NCBI GenBank assembly: GCA_947632745.1
Contig: CANRQH010000001.1
Coordinates: 17,386-81,385 of the forward strand
Source of the DNA: an uncultured Clostridia bacterium
GTDB taxonomy: Bacteria; Bacillota; Clostridia; TANB77; CAG-508
DNA length: 64,000 nucleotides
Direction: 5' to 3'
In this document: positions 1 to 10,437 of the stretch, piece by piece
Position numbering within the stretch: position 1 is the stretch's first letter
Layout of the letters: each line of letters begins with the position of its first letter
Translations under genes and position numbers: made by a program
Notes under the pieces: generated by a model
The model's input: only the letters and a program-made list of their open reading frames with translations
The model's database searches: none
What the model was told of the DNA's origin: nothing

Positions 1-3000
1 TATATACAAATCCATTTGTCTTATTTCTTTCTTTTATATTATCACTTGCTACTGAGTAATTTACTTCACCTAATGATTTATACCACTCTAACATTTCTTG
101 TGCTGATTTATATGAATCATCTGTTATTTTTCCAGCATAATAATCTGTTAATGTGTTTATTGCGCTTTGTATTTCTTCATTATTTGGATTTTCGAATGCT
201 GTTTTCTTCATTGCATTTTTGGTAGCTTCTGATGTTACTATTGTAGATTTATAATCTTTTAAATTAATATCTACTTCGTTTCCACTAGAATCAACCATTT
301 TTTGTGTTCCATCTCCATAGGTGTATTTTAAGTAATAATATCCTGGCTCAACTCCTGGAATTTCATAATATCCATTTTGATCTGTATATACTCCCTCTTG
401 TGTTCCGGCTATATTTTTGTCTGGATATCTATATACTGGATTTCCTGTGCTATCTACTAACTCTACTTTTACAGCTTTTGCTCTATTTTGTTCATTATCA
501 TCTATTATACCATTTCCTAGATTTTCTTTTTCAGATTCAGCTGATTTTGTATCTTCATATACTGTTCCTGTTAACTTTCTTTCATCTCCTAAGGCCATTT
601 TTAAGTATAATGCATCATCATCATCTGTTTTTATAACTGATTTATGTGTATAGAATTTATTTTGAGCTGCCTCTTCTGCTGTTATATATCCTTTATTTAC
701 TGCTGTCTGTAATGCATTTTGGTCTTCATTCCATACATTGTCTATTCTTAAATAATCATGATAAGCTTTTGAATCTACTTTTGATGCTTCTTTATCATCT
801 TCTCCATTTTTTATAGATTCTCCACTTAAAATTCTTTCTAATGCTGGCTCTTTTACTTTAAATTGTATATATGAATTTATTGTATTTCCACCAATAATAC
901 CATTTTTATATACACTATTGTTGTCATTTACACTATAGTTTGCTGTTCCGTTTCCTAAATTTGACCATAATGCAAAATCTGTAGAGTCTTCATTATTTTC
1001 GTTATTACATAAATCATATCTGTTTGTATCATATAAGTTTGTTAATGAATTTAAGAATAATTTTTCTTCTCTATATACTTTTGGTATATTTAGAGTTGTT
1101 GTATTTGTTACACTTATTTTGTATACTACATATACTTGTAGTTTTCCTGCATTATTCCAGCTGTCTTTCATACTATATGCTATATCACTTGGATATATTG
1201 CATATCTGTTGTAACTATCTTTTGTATTTTGTATATTTACTCTTGGTACATATTTTGAATTAATGTCTGTTGCTTCTCCATATACATATGTATATGTGTA
1301 TCCATTTAATTTTGCTTTAATATAAGCTAATTCTTCTGATACCTCATATGTTGGATCTACTACATCTACTAATCCTAGGTTAATATATTTTACTATAAAG
1401 TCTCTTTCATCATAATATCCTGTTATTGGAGTTTCTTTTAAATCGCTTGATGTAGGTGGGTTTTGTGTATCACTACCATATATTTTATTTGCAATTTTTT
1501 TGTTATTTTCTAGAATTGTCTTAGCATCCCACTCACTTGATGTACGGTATGTTACTGCTTCTCCTCTTCCTGTTAACTGATTATCATCTAATTTAACATT
1601 TTCTTCTTGAGCTTTTGAGTTTACTTTAACATCTGTTCCTACAAATGGTGTTACTGTTATATATTCTTTATCATTGTATATGAATTTTACATATCCATTT
1701 GCTAAATCCCAATAATAGATTTCTTCTCCAGAGTCTTTTTTAGTAAATCTATAATGACCTTTGTTTGTTCCATCAGTACTATCTGTTACAGTTGTAGCTA
1801 TTTTTTGATTATTTCCATTATATAGTTCTACTGGTATTCCGCCTAATAATTCATCATAGCTTCCTTCTGTATATACTTCATCTGTTGTTGTGTTCTTTAA
1901 ATTTGATAAATCTTTCCATACAAATCCTTCTAATGCTGCTATTACCTTTTTATTTTTTATTGTTACTTCATATGGAGCATCTCTACCTTGGTCTTTACTT
2001 ATAGTTATTGTTAAATCTTTATTTGTATTATTTGGATCTTTTATTAATACCCAATTTGGATGTTCTGGATCCGCACCATATCCTATTTGTTTTGTTATAT
2101 CATATCCTGTAGGTGCAGCAGTTTCGTATATTTTATAGTCTGCAAAATGTAAGTTTTGTATTGTAACTGTTCCATCTTCTCCTGTTGTAACTTCCATAGC
2201 TTGGTCAGCTGTACTATTCTTATTATATTCACATTTTGTTCCATTAAATGTTACCCATGCTTTTTCTGTTATAGAATATAATTTGAATTTAGCTCCTGCA
2301 AGTGATACTTCATCTTTAACAGAATCCTTCTTTATCAATTTTAAGTCTCCAACAGATCTTTGGTTTTCAAAGTATCCCAATTCAGGTGCCAATGCTGGTT
2401 TGTCTTCAGTATTTTCTTCAGTTACTTCTATATTTCCAAGATATACCCAGTTATTTGCTGCACTTATTTCATCTGTTCTATATCTATCTTGCTCTTCTAA
2501 ATTATAGAATTCATCATCAGAAGATTTTATTTCATAAATTCTATAAGTACCAAAATGTAATCTATCTATTTGTACTTCACCATTACTGTCTGTTATATAT
2601 TGTGTTGCTTTTGTCCAATCATTTATATATTTTGGTAAACTATCTTTTACTTCAGAAACAAATCCTACTTTTCCACCTTTATATCTTGTATCTTGCATTC
2701 TGTATAATACTACTGTTGTTTCTGGTAAATTATCTAATTTCGTATAATCCTCTAAACTTGGACCTTTTTTAATTATTTTCATACTTCCAGTAGCAGTTTT
2801 TTGGTTTTCAAAATATCCTAATTCTGGCGCAATAGCTGGATTTTTCTCAGTATTTTCTTCTTTTACTTCTATATCTCCAAGATATACCCAGTTATTTGCT
2901 GCACTTATTTCATCTGCTCTATATTTATCTTGGTCTTCTAAATTATAGTTTATATCATCAGAAGATTTTATCTCATAAATTCTATAAGTACCTACGTACA

Positions 3001-5521
3001 ATCTATTTATTTGTACTTCACCATTACTGTCTGTTATATATTGTGTTGCTTTTGTCCAGTCATTTGCATAGTTTGGTAAACCATCTTTTACTTCAGTAAC
3101 AAATCCTGCTTTTTCACCATTAAATCTTGAATCTTTCATTCTGTATAATACTACTGTTGTTTCTGGTAAGTTAACTAATTTCTTATCATCCTCTACACTT
3201 GGACCTTTTTTAATTATTTTCATACTTCCAATAGGAGTTTTTTGGTTTTCAAAGTATCCTAATTCTGGCGCAATAGCCGGATTTTTTTCAATATTTTCTT
3301 CTTTTACTTCTATATCTCCAAGATATACCCAATTATTTTGTGCACTTATTTCATCTGCTCTATATCCATCTTGGTCCTCTAAATGATAGTATACATCATC
3401 AGAAGATTTTATCTCATAAATTCTATAAGTACCTAAATACAATCTATCTATTTGTACTTCACCTTTACTGTCTGTTATATATTGTGTTGCTTTTGTCCAG
3501 TCATTTGTATAGTTTGGTAAACCATCTTTTACTTCATTAACAAATCCTGCTTTTTCACCATTAAATCTTGAATCTTTCACTCTGTATAATAATACTGTTG
3601 TTTCTGGTAAGTTAACTAATTCCTCATCATCCTCTAAACTTGGACCTTTTTTAATTATTTTCATACTTCCAATAGGAGTTTTTTGGTTTTCAAAGTATCC
3701 TAATTCTGGCGCAATAGCCGGATTTTTTTCAATATTTTCTTCTTTTACTTCTATATCTCCAAGATATACCCAATTATTTTGTGCACTTATTTCATCTGCT
3801 CTATATCCATCTTGGTCCTCTAAATGATAGTATACATCATCAGAAGATTTTATCTCATAAATTCTATAAGTACCTACATACAATCTATCTATTTGTACTT
3901 GGCCTTTACTGTTTGTTATATATTGTGTTGCTTTTGTCCAGTCATTTGTATAGTTTGGTAAATTATCTTTTACTTCATTAACAAATCCTGATTTTTCACC
4001 ATTAAATCTTGAATCTTTCACTCTGTATAATAATACTGTTGTTTCTGGTAAGTTAACTAATTTCTCATTATCCTTTAAACTTGGACCTTTTTTAATTATT
4101 TTCATACTTCCAGTATTTGTTTCATCTACTATATATAAATTTACATCTGTAAAGTTAGTATTTAATCCAAGGCTTAAATTAGTAGAATTAGAAATCGTAA
4201 CTGTTCCATTATTTGTTGTTATTTCTGCTTTTATAATTCTTGATTTATATTCTCCATTTTCTCCTATTGATATTTCTGTTAATAAATAATTTCCTGGTTT
4301 TAAACCATATATTTTAATTTCTCCATTTTCATCTGTAGTTAATGGTTTAGGTTCTCCGTAATATTCTACAAATCCTTGATTATCAATACCTACATAAGGA
4401 CCATTTCCAAGTAATTTTAAATTAAATGTTACTCCTTCTAATTTAGATTTTTTCTCTACTACATTTCCACTGTCATCTTTTATTCCTCCAGCTTTTTTTA
4501 TAGTTAAGTTTACTTTATTATTGTCTTCTACTGGTATTTCACATGAAGCAGAATTATCTTCTGTTTTTTCTCCATGCTCGACCTTAATTAATCTCTGTTT
4601 TTCCCCACCAGCATTTAAGAAATATATTTTTGCAATATAAAGTTTTGATTGACCTTTAACATTTACTGTAAGTTTTGTAATTTGAGCATCGATATCTGAA
4701 CAATATATGTAGAATATTTCTCCACTTTTTACTTGATCTAAACTTATAGGTGTAGTTTTATCTTTTGCATATAATTTAAACATATCTGAATTCTTGTCTG
4801 ATTCAATACTATATGTGCTGTTAGTAATATTTCCATTTGCATCTCTTGTGTTATATTCTACATCTATACTTGAAAGTGTAGCATTAAAGTTTACAGAACA
4901 TTGAATATATCCTGAAGAAGACCTTATCGCTTTAGTAATATCTAACGATACAGTACTTTTTGATTTTTTCAAGTCTTCAGCATAGTTTTCAGCAGCAGTA
5001 ATTAATGCATTTGTTGTATTGCTATCCTCTTCACTTCTTTGTGGCCATTTGCTTGGATGTAACGAATGGGTTTTTCCGGAATTTTTTATTTCACTATATG
5101 ATGTATTAAGTGCTACAAAATTATTCCATATACTCCATACAGACTTTTGCCTAATTCCTGCATCTTTAGAAAATCCTTCATAACCATATTTATAATTTTC
5201 TGCACTTAGTATATATGCCATTTCAGCATACAATGGATTGCTTATTTTTTCGTCTTTGTTGCCATTTAACCAACCTGTGTCTCCTTCGATATCTATATAT
5301 CCTTTTACCACATATTCGATATCTCCCATGCTCTGGTACACGTGTCCATTGACATCAGTACAATAAAACTCTTTACTTAGGTCGTGTAGGTTTTTTGAGT
5401 TTACTATTATTTTATCACCTATATTATAAGCAGCATAAGCACTACAAATAGCCGTAATTATTGCAAAAAATGATATAATTAATGTTATTATTACTTTTAA
5501 TATTTTCTTTGAATTACTCAT
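1..5521 (-). CDS. Giant sortase-substrate surface adhesin, partial. The N-terminal ~1840 aa are in the window; the C-terminus lies beyond the window start. It is a paralog of the 10438..16572 gene.
   Basis: The minus-strand reading frame is open from the ATG at 5519-5521 to position 1. No minus-strand ORF with a stop is listed in the track, consistent with the gene running off the edge. An RBS (aaggaggg) lies 8 nt upstream of the ATG. The N-terminus translates as MSNSKKILKVIITLIISFFAIITA..., a signal peptide. Nucleotide similarity to 11.5-16.5 kb is high, and there are about 4 tandem ~441-444-bp repeats at 2455-4230. The antisense ORFs 2896/3340/3781 are near-identical, confirming the periodicity. 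Confidence 0.75.
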   Translation of the reverse strand, partial: MSNSKKILKVIITLIISFFAIITAICSAYAAYNIGDKIIVNSKNLHDLSKEFYCTDVNGHVYQSMGDIEYVVKGYIDIEGDTGWLNGNKDEKISNPLYAEMAYILSAENYKYGYEGFSKDAGIRQKSVWSIWNNFVALNTSYSEIKNSGKTHSLHPSKWPQRSEEDSNTTNALITAAENYAEDLKKSKSTVSLDITKAIRSSSGYIQCSVNFNATLSSIDVEYNTRDANGNITNSTYSIESDKNSDMFKLYAKDKTTPISLDQVKSGEIFYIYCSDIDAQITKLTVNVKGQSKLYIAKIYFLNAGGEKQRLIKVEHGEKTEDNSASCEIPVEDNNKVNLTIKKAGGIKDDSGNVVEKKSKLEGVTFNLKLLGNGPYVGIDNQGFVEYYGEPKPLTTDENGEIKIYGLKPGNYLLTEISIGENGEYKSRIIKAEITTNNGTVTISNSTNLSLGLNTNFTDVNLYIVDETNTGSMKIIKKGPSLKDNEKLVNLPETTVLLYRVKDSRFNGEKSGFVNEVKDNLPNYTNDWTKATQYITNSKGQVQIDRLYVGTYRIYEIKSSDDVYYHLEDQDGYRADEISAQNNWVYLGDIEVKEENIEKNPAIAPELGYFENQKTPIGSMKIIKKGPSLEDDEELVNLPETTVLLYRVKDSRFNGEKAGFVNEVKDGLPNYTNDWTKATQYITDSKGEVQIDRLYLGTYRIYEIKSSDDVYYHLEDQDGYRADEISAQNNWVYLGDIEVKEENIEKNPAIAPELGYFENQKTPIGSMKIIKKGPSVEDDKKLVNLPETTVVLYRMKDSRFNGEKAGFVTEVKDGLPNYANDWTKATQYITDSNGEVQINRLYVGTYRIYEIKSSDDINYNLEDQDKYRADEISAANNWVYLGDIEVKEENTEKNPAIAPELGYFENQKTATGSMKIIKKGPSLEDYTKLDNLPETTVVLYRMQDTRYKGGKVGFVSEVKDSLPKYINDWTKATQYITDSNGEVQIDRLHFGTYRIYEIKSSDDEFYNLEEQDRYRTDEISAANNWVYLGNIEVTEENTEDKPALAPELGYFENQRSVGDLKLIKKDSVKDEVSLAGAKFKLYSITEKAWVTFNGTKCEYNKNSTADQAMEVTTGEDGTVTIQNLHFADYKIYETAAPTGYDITKQIGYGADPEHPNWVLIKDPNNTNKDLTITISKDQGRDAPYEVTIKNKKVIAALEGFVWKDLSNLKNTTTDEVYTEGSYDELLGGIPVELYNGNNQKIATTVTDSTDGTNKGHYRFTKKDSGEEIYYWDLANGYVKFIYNDKEYITVTPFVGTDVKVNSKAQEENVKLDDNQLTGRGEAVTYRTSSEWDAKTILENNKKIANKIYGSDTQNPPTSSDLKETPITGYYDERDFIVKYINLGLVDVVDPTYEVSEELAYIKAKLNGYTYTYVYGEATDINSKYVPRVNIQNTKDSYNRYAIYPSDIAYSMKDSWNNAGKLQVYVVYKISVTNTTTLNIPKVYREEKLFLNSLTNLYDTNRYDLCNNENNEDSTDFALWSNLGNGTANYSVNDNNSVYKNGIIGGNTINSYIQFKVKEPALERILSGESIKNGEDDKEASKVDSKAYHDYLRIDNVWNEDQNALQTAVNKGYITAEEAAQNKFYTHKSVIKTDDDDALYLKMALGDERKLTGTVYEDTKSAESEKENLGNGIIDDNEQNRAKAVKVELVDSTGNPVYRYPDKNIAGTQEGVYTDQNGYYEIPGVEPGYYYLKYTYGDGTQKMVDSSGNEVDINLKDYKSTIVTSEATKNAMKKTAFENPNNEEIQSAINTLTDYYAGKITDDSYKSAQEMLEWYKSLGEVNYSVASDNIKERNKTNGFVY
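2455..4230 (-). repeat. Intragenic tandem repeats, about 4 × 441-444 bp, encoding Cna-B-like ~147-aa modules inside the partial adhesin gene.
   Basis: Near-identical spurious plus-strand ORFs at 2386, 2896, 3340 and 3781 are spaced 441-444 bp apart. Sequence blocks such as 'ttggttttcaaagtatcctaattctggcgcaatagc' recur. Confidence 0.7.
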
Positions 5522-5539
5522 TGTTATCCCTCCTTTCTT

Positions 5540-8500
5540 CTAAAATTTTATACTTTTCTTTAATATTTTTCTTCCAATTATATAAGCTCCAGCTGTTATA
5601 ATTGCCATTAATGATAATGTTATTGCAACAAAACTTATTGCTCCACCTGTTTTTACACTTATAATTAAATCGCTTGAACTCATATCATCTTCTGATTTTT
5701 GTTTATTTCCTGGTGTAGAATCTTTGTCTTTTACATTTAATGAGTTATAATCTTCAGCTATTTCTGAAGTGTTGTTTACTAGTCCTGTATTTGTTTCTGT
5801 CATTGTTTTTGTTAAAACTAATGTCAATTCTTTTGTTTCTCCTGGCTCTATTTTTGTATTTGATAAACTATTTGAGTATAGATATTCACCTGATTGATAC
5901 CAGTTTGAATTTAACTCAGAATTAAATGATAAATCTGTTGGTTTGTAGTCTACTATATTTCTTGCATATCCTGCAATTTCTCCATTGTTTTTTACACTTA
6001 TTTTATATTCTACTATTACTGTTGAACCACTTAATTCTTTTGCTTTAATGTCTACTTTTGCAAGTTTTACATTATCATAATTTGTAGCTTCAGTTCCTGC
6101 ATTATTTGTTACTGTAACTTTACTTATTGTTTTTGAAAGTTCTAAATCAAATACTTTTGCTTCTGCTAATCCTATATCTATATTTGTTAAACTTCCATCA
6201 TTTATAACTAATGTATCTGTTGAAGAAACATTTTGCTCTCTACCGTCTATATTCATTGTTACATTTTCAACATCTGAGTTTCTATTTTCTTGAATTCCAT
6301 CTGCTTTATATGTTGTTAAAATGTATTTTTCTGTATCATACTCGAATATTACTACATAATTGCCATTTGAAACTTTTGTTAGTGAATAAAATCCATTATC
6401 TAAAGTTTCTGTGCTATTTATTTTTTTATTATTTTTTAAGTCAAATAATGTTACTTTTATTCCACCTAAAGTTTGTTCATTTGAATCTCTTTGACCATTT
6501 CCATTTTCATCAAACCATGCTGTTCCTGATATTGCGTTTGTTCCTTGATTATCCGCATTTTCATTTGGATTGCGTTCGTCGTTTTCTCCATTGTTTCCCT
6601 CATTATTTTCTCCAGGATTTACTTCATTGTTTTCTCCAGGATTTACTTCATTATTTTTTCCAGGATTTACTTCATTGTTTTCTCCAGGCTCTACTTCATT
6701 ATTTACTTCATTTTTTTCTCCAGGATCTACTTCATTATTTACTTCATTTTTTTCTCCAGAACTTACTTCATTATTATCCACGTTATTTTCTTCAGTATTA
6801 TTTTCATCATCTTTATTGTCATTATCATCATTATTATCATCTGTTTCTTCGTCTGGTTCTTTACTTTCTTCTGGGTCTGCTTTTATTTCTGGATCTTGTA
6901 TATTATAATTATTTTGGTTATCTCCTAACAAAATGTGGTCTACTTCACTTGATGTTCCTATCCATTTTTCATTATCATATACTTTTGATATACTTTTTAA
7001 TTGTACATCATCAGCATTTATTAATTCTTTATTTGTTATAGTTGAAACTTGAATGTTTAGAGTTTTATTTGCTTGTATTGCATTATTAATATATATAGTA
7101 CAAGCATTTTCTATGTCTGTTCCACCTTGTTCTAATGAATATTCTGTATTGTTACCATCTATTGTAATATTTTTTACCTTTAATTGACTTGATAATTGTT
7201 GTTCAATTTTTAAGTTATTTATATCTTCATTTCCAACATTTTTTAACACAATATTATAGTCAACACCTTCTCCAGGTCTTATTGCATTTCCTTCATTGCT
7301 TGATGTCATTTCTATAGATACACTTTTATCTATAAATTTTTCAACCACTTGATTTGAACGATATTTGTTATTTGCAGTTACACTTAAATTTGCCTCAAAC
7401 CTTTCATCTAAATTTTCATATACATATAATCCCAATTTAGAAGTAGAATTAGCTGGTATGCTTTTTATTATAAAGCTATTATTTTCTACATTTTCATCTT
7501 TTATATTATTTGAGTCAAAATTTTCAAATCCTTCTATTTCAAATACTGTAAAGTTTCCTTTAGCATTTATTTGTACATTTTTTAGTTCTCTATTTGTTAA
7601 ATTGCTAATTTCCATTAAGTATTCATAGTCGGTGTTAGATTTTAAATACATAGAACTTCTATTTATTAGTGTTAATCTTACTTTTAAATCTGCATTTTCA
7701 ATCTTATGTTTTATTTCGGTATTAATTTGTTGTCCATTATAATTTACAGAAATATTATTTACAAGTTCTGCATTTCCTTCAACCTTATCATTTATCATAA
7801 CCTCATATGAAACTGTTTTTTGTTTGCCTGCTGGTAGATTTTCTACCACCTCTTGCATACTATTTTCTTCTAATATTGTGTATTTATCGTCAAATTCACC
7901 CTCAACCGCGTCTTCTTCTCCATCTGGGCCTTCACTAGCTTCAGGGGCTTTCTTGGTGTATTTTACATATTTTGTATTTTCTGGAATATTTCCTATTATA
8001 TCTACTCGATTAGCAGTTGCTCCTCCTTTATTTGCTACTGTTACTGCATATGTAACAACTTCTCCACTATGTATTGTTTCTCCCTCTGGTATTTGGACTC
8101 CACCTACATATGCTTTTACAGTTGTTTCTATTTTTGCTTCTCCTGTAACTTCTGTTTGTCCTTGTTCTGCTGTTTGGTTTTGCTCTGCTAAATTTCTTTC
8201 CTCTTCTTCTTTTTGTTTTAAAGTCTCTTCATCTATTCCATCTATTGTTATTGGTACTTGTACTTCTCCGTTATTTTCTATGCTTGTAGCTATTTCATTT
8301 GTATAATTTAATGTAATGTTTTCTTCTCCATCTAATGCTAATTCATCTAATTCCATATCTGCATATATTATTAATGTAGTTCCTTCTATTGCTTCAGCAT
8401 TATATTTTGTTTGTGTTCCTTTTAATGCTACATTCATTACATAATTTTCGTTTTCTTTTGATATTTTAGCACCATTTAATTCTAGTCCATTTTCATATAG

Positions 8501-10246
8501 TAATTTACATTTTGATGTTACTTTTTTTACTTCTTTTGGTAAAATTACTTTTACTGTTGGATTTTGATATAAGTCTTTACTTTCATCATTATTTTTTAAT
8601 GCTACTGTTATTTTCACATTTTTATTTTGTTCTATTGATGATAATTTTGTTACATTTACTTTTAAGTCTGCTTCTGATGATGTATTTTTTAATTCTATTC
8701 TTGATTCTTTTGTATTATTTTCTTTTGAATCATAACTTCCACTTATTGTTTCTTTTATATTTGTTAATATATTTATTTGTTCTCTTGTGTATCCACTATT
8801 TAATATTGCCTTTTTGTTTTCTATATTTAATGTTCCTATTTTTATTGGTTTACTTGTTATTATTTCTATTTTGCTTGTATTCTCTACTATTATTATGTTT
8901 CCATTTTCATCTGCCTGAGCTTCTTTTGTTATATTTGCTATTACATTTCCTGCTTCATCTTTTATTGTTATATATCCTTCTTCTCCAAATATTTTTATAA
9001 ATTCATCTTTGTTTATTTTTGTTTCTTTATAAATAATATTTGCTTCTACTTCATTATCTCCTGCTAAATATGTTGCTTTATTAGCCTTTAGAGATATTGT
9101 GTTTGCTGTATCTAAAAAGTCTACATTTATTTTATTTTTCTCTGTATATTCTCTTTCTTCTCCTGTATATATTTTTCCTTTATATATAGAATCTTCATTA
9201 TTTGCTAGTGAATATGATACTATTCCATCTTTCTCTTTATCTATATGAACATTAGCTGAGTTTGATAATTCTTTATTGTCATAAGTATTTATTTTGCTAT
9301 TTACTACTACTTCTTTATTTGCTATGCTTTCATCTTTGTCTAATATATATGTTACTACTATTTCGTCGCTAGCATTTTTACTCCAATTTATAGCTTTTTT
9401 GTCTTCATTTGACAATTTTATTTTTAGTGTTTTGTTTGCTTTATTATACACATAATTATCACTACCAAATTCTATATTTTTATTTGTTCCTGCTGTGCTT
9501 CTTGCATGTACTCTTACTTCTTGTACATTTTCTAATACATTTAAGTTTATTTCTGTATTTTTTGCAGGATAATTATTATTAGTAACATTACTATTTACTA
9601 ATATTTGTACTACTCTTTTTTCTTCTCCATTTACATTATATATAGAATTTGTAAGAAGCTCTGCATTTAACTCTGCAATTGCCTCTTCACTTGATTTCCA
9701 TTTCACTTCTACTTTTGATGTTCCTTTTATATCTACATATTTGTCTTTTTCAACATTTTTACTGTTTACATATTGTCCTTGTAACATTACTTCTGTTTTT
9801 GTATTTAGCATTTCTTCTGCTATTGTTTCATCTTTTACTGCTTCTATTTTTAATTTTATTGTTTCTGTACTTCCCGCATTTATTTGGTTTAATGTTACTT
9901 GGTTTCCAGAGATTGCAGATATAGCTGGACTTAATATTTCTTCACTTATTTTAAAGTTACTATTATTTAGAAGTATATTTCCATTAAAATATCCTTCATT
10001 TTTTACAGCTAAGTCTATATACAAGTATTCTTCCTTGTTTATATCCCTCTCTATAGCGTCGTATTTTTCTCCATTTTCATCCATAAAATATGCTGTAAAT
10101 TCAATATTTGAACTATTTGTTTTTACTATATCTATTGCATAAGATACTATCCCATTTCCGACAAGCAAAAAGTCCGAAATTGTAAGTGCCATGATTACTA
10201 TTATTGCACATATTTTAATAAATACTTTCTTTACTAAAATGTTCAT
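5540..10246 (-). CDS. Cell-wall-anchored surface protein, 1568 aa. It has a signal peptide, a DUF11-like repeat domain, a low-complexity acidic NEVNPGENNEV linker and an SdrD-B-like domain. The C-terminal sorting signal is SVKTGG followed by a TM segment and a KR tail.
   Basis: Full ORF with an RBS (aaaaggagga) upstream. The N-terminus is MNILVKKVFIKICAIIVIMALTISDFLLVG. The segment 'GEVVTYAVTVANKGGATANRVDIIGNIPENTKYV' fits the DUF11 conserved repeat. The segment 'SGTAWFDENGNGQRDSNEQTLGGIKVTLFD' fits an SdrD B-like domain. The C-terminal hydrophobic stretch and basic tail are typical of sortase substrates. Confidence 0.8.
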   Translation of the reverse strand: MNILVKKVFIKICAIIVIMALTISDFLLVGNGIVSYAIDIVKTNSSNIEFTAYFMDENGEKYDAIERDINKEEYLYIDLAVKNEGYFNGNILLNNSNFKISEEILSPAISAISGNQVTLNQINAGSTETIKLKIEAVKDETIAEEMLNTKTEVMLQGQYVNSKNVEKDKYVDIKGTSKVEVKWKSSEEAIAELNAELLTNSIYNVNGEEKRVVQILVNSNVTNNNYPAKNTEINLNVLENVQEVRVHARSTAGTNKNIEFGSDNYVYNKANKTLKIKLSNEDKKAINWSKNASDEIVVTYILDKDESIANKEVVVNSKINTYDNKELSNSANVHIDKEKDGIVSYSLANNEDSIYKGKIYTGEEREYTEKNKINVDFLDTANTISLKANKATYLAGDNEVEANIIYKETKINKDEFIKIFGEEGYITIKDEAGNVIANITKEAQADENGNIIIVENTSKIEIITSKPIKIGTLNIENKKAILNSGYTREQINILTNIKETISGSYDSKENNTKESRIELKNTSSEADLKVNVTKLSSIEQNKNVKITVALKNNDESKDLYQNPTVKVILPKEVKKVTSKCKLLYENGLELNGAKISKENENYVMNVALKGTQTKYNAEAIEGTTLIIYADMELDELALDGEENITLNYTNEIATSIENNGEVQVPITIDGIDEETLKQKEEEERNLAEQNQTAEQGQTEVTGEAKIETTVKAYVGGVQIPEGETIHSGEVVTYAVTVANKGGATANRVDIIGNIPENTKYVKYTKKAPEASEGPDGEEDAVEGEFDDKYTILEENSMQEVVENLPAGKQKTVSYEVMINDKVEGNAELVNNISVNYNGQQINTEIKHKIENADLKVRLTLINRSSMYLKSNTDYEYLMEISNLTNRELKNVQINAKGNFTVFEIEGFENFDSNNIKDENVENNSFIIKSIPANSTSKLGLYVYENLDERFEANLSVTANNKYRSNQVVEKFIDKSVSIEMTSSNEGNAIRPGEGVDYNIVLKNVGNEDINNLKIEQQLSSQLKVKNITIDGNNTEYSLEQGGTDIENACTIYINNAIQANKTLNIQVSTITNKELINADDVQLKSISKVYDNEKWIGTSSEVDHILLGDNQNNYNIQDPEIKADPEESKEPDEETDDNNDDNDNKDDENNTEENNVDNNEVSSGEKNEVNNEVDPGEKNEVNNEVEPGENNEVNPGKNNEVNPGENNEVNPGENNEGNNGENDERNPNENADNQGTNAISGTAWFDENGNGQRDSNEQTLGGIKVTLFDLKNNKKINSTETLDNGFYSLTKVSNGNYVVIFEYDTEKYILTTYKADGIQENRNSDVENVTMNIDGREQNVSSTDTLVINDGSLTNIDIGLAEAKVFDLELSKTISKVTVTNNAGTEATNYDNVKLAKVDIKAKELSGSTVIVEYKISVKNNGEIAGYARNIVDYKPTDLSFNSELNSNWYQSGEYLYSNSLSNTKIEPGETKELTLVLTKTMTETNTGLVNNTSEIAEDYNSLNVKDKDSTPGNKQKSEDDMSSSDLIISVKTGGAISFVAITLSLMAIITAGAYIIGRKILKKSIKF

Positions 10247-10303
10247 TTTAAATTCCTCCTTTTATACAATCATTGCATTTAGGCATAAACGCCCACTATA
10301 CTT

Positions 10304-10332
10304 ATTATATAACTTTTTGTCGTTTTTTGCAA
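10304..10332 (-). promoter_or_regulatory. Sigma-A-type promoter for the 1568-aa adhesin gene (and probably the partial gene downstream).
   Basis: The minus strand reads TTGCAA, a 17-nt spacer, then TATAAT. The -35 is at 10327-10332 and the -10 at 10304-10309. This is about 55 nt upstream of the RBS and ATG at 10246. Confidence 0.55.
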
Positions 10333-10391
10333 TAGATTTTACCAAATTTGTAACTTTTTATGTAATTATATACATTTTTTTATATAAAAAC

Positions 10392-10430
10392 AAAAAATCT
10401 AATTTATAAAAATTTAGATTTTTTGTTTTA
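10392..10430. terminator. Rho-independent terminator between the adhesin genes, potentially bidirectional.
   Basis: An 11-bp perfect stem (aaaaaatctaa / ttagatttttt) with an 11-nt loop, flanked by T-runs on both strands. It lies just downstream of the 2044-aa gene stop at 10438. Confidence 0.55.
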
Positions 10431-10437
10431 TAATAAT

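Noticed and set aside
2386-3981. The regularly spaced ~440-bp repeats could be a CRISPR array or a satellite.
   Set aside because: The repeats are about 440 bp, not 28-37 bp, and have no unique spacers. They lie in frame inside a protein-coding gene and encode Cna-B-type domain repeats.
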